From IMG/VR virus record IMGVR_UViG_3300044695_004869: a DNA stretch of 64,000 bases, one strand, 5' to 3'. Positions 50,601 to 58,033 of this stretch are shown here, piece by piece. This DNA comes from a virus. Taxonomy: Duplodnaviria; Caudoviricetes. The position numbers and the translations under genes were made by a program. The notes under the pieces were generated by a model. It was not told the origin of the DNA, searched no databases, and saw only the letters and a list, made by a program, of their open reading frames with translations. Within the stretch, counting starts at the first letter, position 1. Each line of letters begins with the position of its first letter.

Positions 50601-50968
50601 TTAACTCCGATTGTGGAACAATCTACGTTTGCTGTAGTTAATATTGACCAAGATGGTCCCGCATCATAACCTGAAAGTCCTAAGATTCTCGTTACGAATA
50701 ATTGATTAGATTGTTGTAAATAAGATTTTGCGATATACGCAGCCTCATATTTTGGGATTTGTGTATTCACAAATTTTTCAGGTGTAGTTCCACCAAAATA
50801 GGTTTGGAACTCGTCAAAATTTCTGATGAAGATTGGTTCAAAAGCGGGACCTTTTAAGGTCTCCCCTGCGATACCTAAAGTTGTAACACCAACACTCTGT
50901 GCCACAAAACTTAAATCTACTTCAGAAGTATAGACGCCTGGTGATACAAATACTTTACTATTAGCCAT
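47657..50968 (-). CDS. Tail sheath protein (gp18-like) with a large Cys- and Thr-rich insertion
   Basis: FVSPGVYTSEVD, GETLKGPAFEP, YYPWV, PWFAAAGYTRG, RINPI, WGNKT and RINVRRL. Confidence 0.95.
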   Translation of the reverse strand: MANSKVFVSPGVYTSEVDLSFVAQSVGVTTLGIAGETLKGPAFEPIFIRNFDEFQTYFGGTTPEKFVNTQIPKYEAAYIAKSYLQQSNQLFVTRILGLSGYDAGPSWSILTTANVDCSTIGVNCFSSVTVNCIPQCVIPLELPFVVDFSGCTNSTSSIEYLSNFPSEILDILDVSYETPQGGTSTLDENIRDLIFNVMTSTNPLTAEDNLISYFGSVDGNDYSALTVNGTYTATTNVFGVPAIPFDQNNLCDGANTSWYYALFDNNGGGSYSGFSFWSIVTGITNITPITTTTTAPTTTSTTTNPCVTPVPTTTTTTTIPVPVECYSGSVMGVIYYYTGTSYTNYDDMVVATFRSRGISTYVNGNNPVYEVSNLNNVSLDMTGQYAGVLQNPYLPFGINVTNNDGVNFNFEASFSTSDAEYLTKVFGTTNFAKPRTVVPLFVEERFQSLLNYGWRKGFIRGLKPVLVDLDSAQSNASDSIGWYLDRYQTPSSPWVVSELRGTKVYNLFKFYTIADGDAANYEIKISIGNISFANGTFDVFVRDYYDTDTNPVVVEKFTNCSMDPSQNNFIAKKVGTLDGEFQLNSTYIMVEMNEDAPVDALPCGFEGFNFRTYGSATSPFPVYKTKYDFPGEVIFNPPFAAPIQSPGDNVRRTYLGISNNNSWDGNYFEYVGKQNPISTCDLEGGEWNYRSRGFHMDKDASGITISDAFTTSGTPRFDVGDANFSSEPNNPTNPYYRIYSRKFTLLVQGGFDGWDIYREHRTNSDRYVLGRIGYLNGACPDNRYPNAVGWGAFKQIAVGDGTQDFANTDYYAYLLGIQTFANPEAVNINVFVSPGIDYVNNSDLVEATIDMIENDRADSLYITTTPDYNLFLPTTTGGDGIIYPQEAVDNLEQTGIDSNYTATYYPWVLTRDTVNNTQIYIPATAEVTRNLALTDNIAFPWFAAAGYTRGIVNSIKARKKLTQEDRDTLYQGRINPIATFSDVGTVIWGNKTLQVRESALDRINVRRLLLQARKLISAVSVRLLFDQNDEQVRQDFLNSVNPILDAIRRDRGLYDFRVTVSSDVADLDRNQMTGKIYIKPTRSLEFIDITFYITPTGASFEDI

Positions 50969-51002
50969 TGTCTTTTTTTTTGTTTAGTTGTTTTATTTTC
51001 TA

Positions 51003-51010
51003 TATAAATA
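51003..51010 (-). promoter_or_regulatory. TATTTATA late-promoter-like motif
   Basis: Upstream of the sheath gene; a divergent copy lies at 51047-51054 (+). Confidence 0.5.
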
Positions 51011-51089
51011 TTAGTTTTTTTTGTAAAAACTTTACTTCTTCCAAACTATTTATATTTTGGTAAGATTTTATTCTGCCTTTTTTCTACCT

Positions 51090-51254
51090 ATGGATAAAGA
51101 TACTAAGAAGATAAAAAATTTGAAGATTTCTATTGAGGTTCACGAAACCCTTAAAAAGTATTGTGATAAGCGTGGGATTAAAATGTATCGGTTTTTGGAA
51201 AACCTGATAATGGAAAAATGTAAAGAAAAAAGGGATATCTACGGAGAAGATTGA
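51090..51254 (+). CDS. Ribbon-helix-helix / CopG-like small DNA-binding protein
   Basis: KNLKISIEVHETLKKYCDKRGIKMYRFLENLI fits a beta-alpha-alpha pattern. The start is probably MDKD at 51090. Confidence 0.7.
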   Translation: MDKDTKKIKNLKISIEVHETLKKYCDKRGIKMYRFLENLIMEKCKEKRDIYGED

Positions 51255-52316
51255 TTACAATAATTCTTGATTGAAAATTAAGAATGATGTATCGTTAGGA
51301 AATTGTTTGTAAATAATGATTTTTAATGTGTCCCCACTATTAATTTGTATTTCTCTAACATCGTTCCCATAATAAAGACCATTGATATAAACTTCATACC
51401 CTGACGGAGGGGTTCCACTTGATATATTATCACTATCAACAAATCTTAAGTTAACATTATAATCAAAAACTTCGGTGACTTCATTTGATGTAACTCCTGT
51501 TGCGAAATCATATCTTTTAACTGAAGGTGGATTTGGTTCTTCCTTTTTTTGTCTTTTCCTTCTTGTTTTAGTTTCCGTTTCAAAAATCTGAAAAACTCTT
51601 GTGATTGCTGGAGTAATCTCAAACTCGTCTTCATCAATAAGGAAACCTAATAACGTAAATGTATATTTTTGAATATAAAATTTTCTCTTTTCAAGATCCA
51701 ACACCGATTCATCTGTTATATCATTCATTATGATCGGAATATAATGTCCTTTGATAACTTGATATGCTTGTCTTGATGCGAACTTTTCAAGAACGATTTG
51801 ATTGAACTTATTAAGTTCTCTCATTCTATTACATAATATTGCTACAGTATATGTTATATCAACAGGAACTGGTTGAGGTATTTTGTAAATATCCATGCCA
51901 TGTCTCTGTCCATCCCATGTTGGGACTTTGGCATAATAATATTGTCTTCTATTTGGTATATTCCATCTTAATGCCGGATTTGTCCCAAATTTAACTTCGG
52001 GAGTTCTAATGGTTGTTATAAATGGAGGTTCAACATTTTTATCGATATTTTGGAAATCCCAAGTTTCAACAAACTGAGACCAATTCTGAGTGGTTATCAT
52101 AATATCAACAGTTGGCATTATGGACCCTTCAACAACACATCTTAATTCATCTCTAACAAAATCTAAAAACCCACGATCCAAATCTGCGTGCAATAAAGAT
52201 TTTGGAAGATAAGTTCCATCATCAGAAATCATATCCGCAATCTCATGTCTTCTCGGAGTTAAGATTTTTTTCTCAATCAGAGGAATACTTTTTTTTATTT
52301 GTTTCGGGAACCCCAT
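51255..52316 (-). CDS. Tail terminator / sheath stabiliser (T4 gp15-like)
   Basis: PQPVPVDITYTVAI...ELNKFNQIVL resembles the gp15 PVPY motif. It lies next to the neck and sheath genes. Confidence 0.65.
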   Translation of the reverse strand: MGFPKQIKKSIPLIEKKILTPRRHEIADMISDDGTYLPKSLLHADLDRGFLDFVRDELRCVVEGSIMPTVDIMITTQNWSQFVETWDFQNIDKNVEPPFITTIRTPEVKFGTNPALRWNIPNRRQYYYAKVPTWDGQRHGMDIYKIPQPVPVDITYTVAILCNRMRELNKFNQIVLEKFASRQAYQVIKGHYIPIIMNDITDESVLDLEKRKFYIQKYTFTLLGFLIDEDEFEITPAITRVFQIFETETKTRRKRQKKEEPNPPSVKRYDFATGVTSNEVTEVFDYNVNLRFVDSDNISSGTPPSGYEVYINGLYYGNDVREIQINSGDTLKIIIYKQFPNDTSFLIFNQELL

Positions 52317-52317
52317 A

Positions 52318-52758
52318 TTAATTTACTAAAAATATTTTATTCTCTAAATTTATCATTTCGACCTCATTAGCCCTAAAAATAGGTTCCTGAGTTTTTTTAA
52401 TTAAAAATGTGTCATCAAAATATGGGTTATATTTAATAACAACATCTCTTTCAGGACTAGGCATATTTTCACACGGATTTTCACAATAATCAATTAATGT
52501 TCCTGTAACGTAAGCGTGTACATTTTTTTGTTTAACTTTTCTAACCTTTTGTTTTCCTGTTTCACTAACTAAAAATTTTACATTTTTCAATCTAACGTAA
52601 TCGGCTTTCAAAACTACGATACCACCAAATGTAACTGAGAACATATTTCTTGTGATGTCGTAGTAAACTTTAACGTGTTTGTTAATTAACAAATTAGGGT
52701 CTCCTTTAATGGAGTATATTAATTCTTTATTTTGAGATTCACTTAATAATAGTTTCAT
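52318..52758 (-). CDS. Conserved phage hypothetical protein
   Basis: V.VY......FSV...G.V......V.L.NV.F.V...G...V....KNVHAYV.G pattern, recalled from many phages. Confidence 0.6.
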   Translation of the reverse strand: MKLLLSESQNKELIYSIKGDPNLLINKHVKVYYDITRNMFSVTFGGIVVLKADYVRLKNVKFLVSETGKQKVRKVKQKNVHAYVTGTLIDYCENPCENMPSPERDVVIKYNPYFDDTFLIKKTQEPIFRANEVEMINLENKIFLVN

Positions 52759-53267
52759 AGTCCTCTAAATTCATTTGGTCCAACAGGTGATGCACTTATT
52801 GTACGATAAAAAGGTTTATAACCTGCATAGGTATGTTTATTGTCAGATACGACACGACCATCATTATTAACCGTATAGTATCTAACTAACGTTTCAGTTT
52901 CATAATAACCAATGTAATCACCAAAATTAATATCAATTCCTAAATCATCTAAAGTTTTTTGGTAAACTGAAATTCTTATATTACCCGGTTCCATTTGATC
53001 CACTCTTGTTGAACCTAATAATTTATTTTCAGGTGCCGATACTTGTACAAAAGCATTAAATTCAATTGGAGGTAAAAACTTAATACCATCTGATACAGTT
53101 TCACCATATACATCATCTGTTTTTGTTTTGTATCTATCAACACGATATAGTACACAGGTAAAATTCATATCACCCACCAACCATTCTTCTCCCATTGAAA
53201 TGTCAAGGTCGAAATCGTTTGATCCAAAAAATTTACCTATCCTTGTAATAGGAACTTTATTTGCCAT
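52755..53267 (-). CDS. Head closure / neck protein (gp14-like)
   Basis: T.TDDVYGE....KFLPPIE, L.DLGIDI..GD.I.Y. Located in the neck cluster. Confidence 0.6.
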   Translation of the reverse strand: MANKVPITRIGKFFGSNDFDLDISMGEEWLVGDMNFTCVLYRVDRYKTKTDDVYGETVSDGIKFLPPIEFNAFVQVSAPENKLLGSTRVDQMEPGNIRISVYQKTLDDLGIDINFGDYIGYYETETLVRYYTVNNDGRVVSDNKHTYAGYKPFYRTISASPVGPNEFRGL

Positions 53268-53326
53268 ATTTTCGGTATTTATTGATAAATATCTTTTTTA
53301 TTGTTATTTTTATTAAAAAGGAAAAT

Positions 53327-55090
53327 TTGGATATTAATCAATCATTAATAGAACGAAAAGCGTTAGAATTGTTAGACACCTATTCAGGTGCTAATAACTA
53401 TATTCTATACCTTAAAACCAAAAAAGAAACTAATAAAAAGTTTTACCCAACAAGAACCCAATCAGATTACATTATTAACTATTTAAATACCACACCAAAG
53501 ATTGCTCGTAAGTGGGTTGAGTTGGATACTTACTTCGCTAAAAAGTTTGCCGAAGAAAAGTATCTACTTGAAACTCCTGAAAATATCTTTATAGAAAAGT
53601 TGTTGGTTGAGAAAGAAAAATCTTATCACGTTTGGGCTAAATTCTTTGAGAAAGACAAATTAAGTGAATTTTGGATACCTAAATCCGCTCTTATTAAATC
53701 ACATAATGTTGAGAAGGTTGATGTTGATTATACTAAATATAGTCATAGACCACCGCTACAACATCAAAAAGAAGCAATAGAAAAATTAGCAGGATCAAGA
53801 AGATTTATTCTTGCTGATGATATGGGACTTGGTAAAACAACCGCAACAATTATTGCTGCCTTAGAAACGGGAGCGAAGAAAATATTAATTATTTGTCCCG
53901 CTTCATTAAAGATTAATTGGCAACGTGAAATTGAAAATTATTCAGATAGATCTGTATATATTGCCGAGGGTAAGAAATTTTCAACTGAATCTGATTTTGT
54001 TATCGTTAACTACGATATCCTAAAAAACTTCCACGATATGAAGGATAAGGATAAATCTTTATTAAACCAATCTGAATTTGAATTGGTTATTTTAGATGAG
54101 GCTCATATGATATCTAACCCCCAAGCACAACGAACAAAGATTATTAATCATTATGTGAAAAATATTAAAAGAGTTTGGTTATTGACGGGAACACCAATGA
54201 CATCTCGTCCAATGAACTATTATAACCTATTAAACATTATTGAATCTCCCGTCGCACAGAATTGGATGGCTTATGCTATTCGTTATTGTCAGGGATATCA
54301 ATTTACCGCGGGAAAAAGAAAAGTTTGGAATGTTACGGGAGCTTCTAACTTGGAAGAATTAAGAGATAGAACCTCAAAACAAATCCTTCGTAGATTAAAA
54401 GAAGACGTATTAGATCTACCCGATAAAATTATTTCACCAGTGTATCTTAGATTGAAATCCAAGGATTATGAAGAATTGATGGGGGAATATTATGATTGGT
54501 TTGATAATAAGAAAGATGAATCGTCTTCATTAACTGTTCAATTCTCAAAACTAATGAAAGTTAGAAAAGTTATTGCTAACGAGAAAACAAAACAAACGAT
54601 TGAGTTTGCTGAGAATATTATTGAACAAGGTAAGAAGGTAATTATCTTCACAAACTTCACAGATACTTTACAAACAATTTATCAACACTTCGGTAAACAA
54701 GCGGTTTATCTTGATGGTAGTTGTTCTAAACCTCATCGTCAACACGCTGTAGATGAATTTCAGGATAATGAAAAAATAAAAGTATTTGTCGGTAACTTAA
54801 AGGCCGCTGGTGTTGGTTTAACATTGACTGCCGCTGAGGTTGTGATAATGAATGACTTATCATTTGTCCCTGCGGAACACGCTCAGGCTGAAGATAGAGC
54901 GTATCGTTATGGTCAGAAATCAAATGTTTTAGTTTATTACCCCCTATATGAAAACACCATTGAAGGTGCCGTTTATGATATATTAAATCGTAAAAAAGAA
55001 ATCATCCGAACCGTAATGGGTGATGAACAACCTGAAAATACAGGAGATGTTGTTGAGGAAATTTTATCTTTAATAAACAAAAGAAGATAA
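53327..55090 (+). CDS. SNF2-family (SMARCAL1/HARP-like) helicase
   Basis: LADDMGLGKT, LDEAH, LTGTP..SRP, RRLK, AAGVGLTLTAA and QAEDRAYRYGQ. The likely start is TTG at 53327; the ORF-track start at 53261 overlaps the divergent gene. Confidence 0.92.
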   Translation: MDINQSLIERKALELLDTYSGANNYILYLKTKKETNKKFYPTRTQSDYIINYLNTTPKIARKWVELDTYFAKKFAEEKYLLETPENIFIEKLLVEKEKSYHVWAKFFEKDKLSEFWIPKSALIKSHNVEKVDVDYTKYSHRPPLQHQKEAIEKLAGSRRFILADDMGLGKTTATIIAALETGAKKILIICPASLKINWQREIENYSDRSVYIAEGKKFSTESDFVIVNYDILKNFHDMKDKDKSLLNQSEFELVILDEAHMISNPQAQRTKIINHYVKNIKRVWLLTGTPMTSRPMNYYNLLNIIESPVAQNWMAYAIRYCQGYQFTAGKRKVWNVTGASNLEELRDRTSKQILRRLKEDVLDLPDKIISPVYLRLKSKDYEELMGEYYDWFDNKKDESSSLTVQFSKLMKVRKVIANEKTKQTIEFAENIIEQGKKVIIFTNFTDTLQTIYQHFGKQAVYLDGSCSKPHRQHAVDEFQDNEKIKVFVGNLKAAGVGLTLTAAEVVIMNDLSFVPAEHAQAEDRAYRYGQKSNVLVYYPLYENTIEGAVYDILNRKKEIIRTVMGDEQPENTGDVVEEILSLINKRR

Positions 55091-55104
55091 ATTTCTCAAA
55101 AAAT

Positions 55105-55135
55105 TTTGTCAGTATTAAAAAATATTATATCTTTG
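55105..55135 (+). promoter_or_regulatory. Bacteroidota primary-sigma promoter
   Basis: TTTG (55105-55108), 19 nt, then TATCTTTG (55128-55135) match the -33/-7 consensus. Confidence 0.65.
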
Positions 55136-55155
55136 ACAAAATTTAAAAACTTTTT

Positions 55156-55998
55156 ATGGGAAAATTTCAAAAACAAGCAGCAAAAAAATACAAATACAAA
55201 CAATCTATGGTTAAACGAGATTTGTATTTAGAATTATCTGATTCCGAATTTTATGGGTTTTCATACGCTCATTTAACACCATCGGGATACGGATCAAAAA
55301 TTGAAAAAAGGTTAATGACTAAACTTGGTGTGGGTAAAGTTAATCGTAATGATATCAAAGGCGACTTTGTTACTAAATCAAAAAGTAAAAATAAACTGTA
55401 TGGTGAAATTAAAACAACTTATTTAGATGTTGATGGGTTTTATCATGTAACACATATTCGTCAATGGCATGAATTTGATGTTTATTTATTATGTTTTATA
55501 AATCCTACAACTTGTAAGGCGGAATATATTATGGTTAAAAAAGATGTTTTTAATCAATTACCATTAACTAACATGAATTTAACTAGTAACGATAATCAAG
55601 AAAATAATCATGTTGAGAAGAGGTTTTCTTTAACAGAAAATTCTGATTACATGAAATTTTTTAAAAGTGAAAACTTATTAAAATCTACAAGTTTTAAAGA
55701 TTTGTCTAATTATATTGATCAACGTGACTATTTTTATGGTAAACTTGAATTAAAAATTAATGATTATATTATGGATGCAATAATAAATTTATATAATATT
55801 TCATGTAAAACAAAAAACTATAATTATTTTTTTAAAAAAGTTTGTGATCATATATGGGACTCAATAAATAAAGATTTTGGAGATCAACCAAAAAGAAGAT
55901 TATTAAATAAGTTTGTAAAAAATACATTTAATGATGTTATTTTAAATTATTATATGAGATATAATTTATTATTTGATGATGAAAATCCTGAATTATAG
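55156..55998 (+). CDS. Putative PD-(D/E)xK endonuclease-like protein
   Basis: G..IEKR....L....KGD....YGEIKTT...HIRQWH.FD.YLL pattern. Very AT-rich, with its own promoter and terminator. Confidence 0.45.
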   Translation: MGKFQKQAAKKYKYKQSMVKRDLYLELSDSEFYGFSYAHLTPSGYGSKIEKRLMTKLGVGKVNRNDIKGDFVTKSKSKNKLYGEIKTTYLDVDGFYHVTHIRQWHEFDVYLLCFINPTTCKAEYIMVKKDVFNQLPLTNMNLTSNDNQENNHVEKRFSLTENSDYMKFFKSENLLKSTSFKDLSNYIDQRDYFYGKLELKINDYIMDAIINLYNISCKTKNYNYFFKKVCDHIWDSINKDFGDQPKRRLLNKFVKNTFNDVILNYYMRYNLLFDDENPEL

Positions 55999-56024
55999 AA
56001 TAATAAAAATATAATTTAATATAT

Positions 56025-56048
56025 AAAACCTCATTAACTTGGGGTTTT
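56025..56048 (+). terminator. Rho-independent terminator
   Basis: AAAACCTCA-ttaact-TGGGGTTTT followed by a T run. Confidence 0.65.
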
Positions 56049-56085
56049 TTTATTTTTACTACTATTTATTTGGAAACAACTAAAT

Positions 56086-56487
56086 ATGAAAAAAATCGTA
56101 AGGTTAACCGAATCTGATTTGGCAAGAATAATTAAAAGAGTTATAAAAGAAAATCAAAATGATATTCCATCTCAAATTATGGAATGTGCTTCTGAAGTAT
56201 TAACACTATCAGATCTTACTAAAATCCCAACTTGTTTGGAATTAGCTATGGGGGTTATGACCGATAAGAAAATACCAACAGATATTTTTAAAGTAATGGC
56301 TTGTGGTACAGAATTATCTAAATTAAATAAAACATCACAAGATGGAGTAGAATTTATGAATTGTGTTTTAGGTAAAATTGGAACATCAAATCCGGTTATG
56401 AACTATACCCCTAAAACCGATCGTTTAGGTGATGGTGGTGAATTTGAACGAATGGTGGGAATAAACCAAATGAAAAGAGGAAAATAA
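56086..56487 (+). CDS. Small protein with an LTESDL-type N-terminal leader and a 4-Cys helical domain
   Basis: MKKIVRLTESDLARIIKRVIKE leader; TATTTAT at 56063-56069. Confidence 0.7.
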   Translation: MKKIVRLTESDLARIIKRVIKENQNDIPSQIMECASEVLTLSDLTKIPTCLELAMGVMTDKKIPTDIFKVMACGTELSKLNKTSQDGVEFMNCVLGKIGTSNPVMNYTPKTDRLGDGGEFERMVGINQMKRGK

Positions 56488-56864
56488 TGAATAATAGTAG
56501 AAGTCAAACCAAAATTAGAAGAACTCAGCAAGTAAATCTAATTGCTGAACAAAGATATCTTAAACAAAAAGGTTTATTAACTGAAAACATAGATGTTTTT
56601 ATGGAATGTTTTGATACTTTTGGATTAACAATTGATCAAATTCCACAAAGTTGTATGTCAGTTACAAATAAAGAAGAATTTCTTAATTGTAGAAAAGAAA
56701 TAAATTTGGCAATTATGAGAATGAATAAATCCAATGAATTAACACCTCTACTTACTTGTTTAGAAACCAAAGCACAAAATTTAGGTTTATTTATTGAACC
56801 CCTTAACATAGAGGAACCACCTTCAGAAGAAGAGGGCGAAGAAACCCCTGAAGAAGGAAAATAA
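56487..56864 (+). CDS. Small 4-Cys protein, probable paralog of the upstream gene
   Basis: Shares the MEC..IP..C..C..E..NK..C..K pattern and overlaps the upstream stop (TAATG). Confidence 0.65.
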   Translation: MNNSRSQTKIRRTQQVNLIAEQRYLKQKGLLTENIDVFMECFDTFGLTIDQIPQSCMSVTNKEEFLNCRKEINLAIMRMNKSNELTPLLTCLETKAQNLGLFIEPLNIEEPPSEEEGEETPEEGK

Positions 56865-56870
56865 AATTAT

Positions 56871-56892
56871 AAACCCACCATAAGGTGGGTTT
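56871..56892 (+). terminator. Rho-independent terminator
   Basis: AAACCCACC-ataa-GGTGGGTTT followed by a T run. Confidence 0.8.
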
Positions 56893-56906
56893 TTTATTTT
56901 ATAAGA

Positions 56907-56913
56907 TATTTAT
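56907..56913 (+). promoter_or_regulatory. TATTTAT late-promoter-like motif
   Basis: 5 nt upstream of the ATG at 56919. Confidence 0.45.
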
Positions 56914-56918
56914 GGTTA

Positions 56919-58013
56919 ATGAAAGTAACTATTAAACATATAAAATGCGATATGTCCAAAGAGGACAAAAAATTGGTGGAGGATTTTTTAAAATATTTAC
57001 AAAAAAAATATCCCGTAAAAAATGATGTTACTGTTTTATTTTTAGGTGAAAAAACAGATGGTATGTCTACGGGGAGTAGAAATGAAAATTCAGAACTTAA
57101 AATTTTAACTAAAGGTAGAATTAATAGAGATGTTTGTAGAACACTGGCTCACGAATGGGTACACGAGTGGCAAAGATCAACCAAAGGTATGGAGAGAGGA
57201 CCTGATATCGGAGGTCCAAATGAAGATGAAGCAAATTCAGAAGCCGGTTCAGTACTAAAAAAGTTTGAACGTGATTTTCCCCAACACGAAAAATTAATGT
57301 ATGAAGGTTTAATTGGTATTGGTAAAAAAATTAATTTAATAACAGAACAACTTGTATTGGCGGAAAAAGAAAACATCCGTGAAGATTTCTTAATGGAAAT
57401 GAAAAAAATTGGTATTGATAAATTACCTTATTCATATTCGGCATTAAATAAGTTTGTGGATCCTGAAACTATGAACACTCACTATAACAAACATTACAAA
57501 GGATATGTTAAAAAATTAAACGATGCTTTATCAAAAAAAGATTATGGTGATGTTGAGTTAGAAGATATTGTTAAATCAATTGGTAAATACAATACAACAA
57601 TAAGAAATAATGCTGGTGGTGCGTTTAATCACGCTTTGTTTTGGAAGATGTTGTCACCAAAAAGACAGAAACCAAGTGGTGAAGTATTTGAAAAAATTAC
57701 CAAACAATATGGGAACATTAAAAAAATGAAGGACGAATTTAACCAATCAGCTAAAGATAGATTTGGTTCAGGATGGGTATGGTTGGTTCTTACTAAAACA
57801 GGAAGATTAAAAGTCATCTCAACACCAAACCAAGACAATCCTATGATGAGTGTCGTTAAAGATGGGGGATATCCATTGTTAGGTCTTGATGTATGGGAAC
57901 ACGCTTACTACTTACGTTATAGAAATAAACGAGACGAATACATTAAAAAGTTTTGGGATTACGTAAATTGGGAATTCGTTAATGAGCTATATCTATTGAG
58001 AACTAAAAAATAA
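56919..58013 (+). CDS. sod: Zincin (HExxH) domain fused to an Fe/Mn superoxide dismutase
   Basis: N-terminal LAHEWVHE...EDEAN. C-terminal LPYSY.AL, HYNKH..Y, NNAGG..NH.LFW, FGSGW.WL, NQDNP and DVWEHAYY. Confidence 0.88.
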   Translation: MKVTIKHIKCDMSKEDKKLVEDFLKYLQKKYPVKNDVTVLFLGEKTDGMSTGSRNENSELKILTKGRINRDVCRTLAHEWVHEWQRSTKGMERGPDIGGPNEDEANSEAGSVLKKFERDFPQHEKLMYEGLIGIGKKINLITEQLVLAEKENIREDFLMEMKKIGIDKLPYSYSALNKFVDPETMNTHYNKHYKGYVKKLNDALSKKDYGDVELEDIVKSIGKYNTTIRNNAGGAFNHALFWKMLSPKRQKPSGEVFEKITKQYGNIKKMKDEFNQSAKDRFGSGWVWLVLTKTGRLKVISTPNQDNPMMSVVKDGGYPLLGLDVWEHAYYLRYRNKRDEYIKKFWDYVNWEFVNELYLLRTKK

Positions 58014-58015
58014 GA

Positions 58016-58023
58016 TATTTATA
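58016..58023 (+). promoter_or_regulatory. TATTTATA late-promoter-like motif
   Basis: 10 nt upstream of the neck gene ATG. Confidence 0.5.
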
Positions 58024-58033
58024 AATAAAAACT

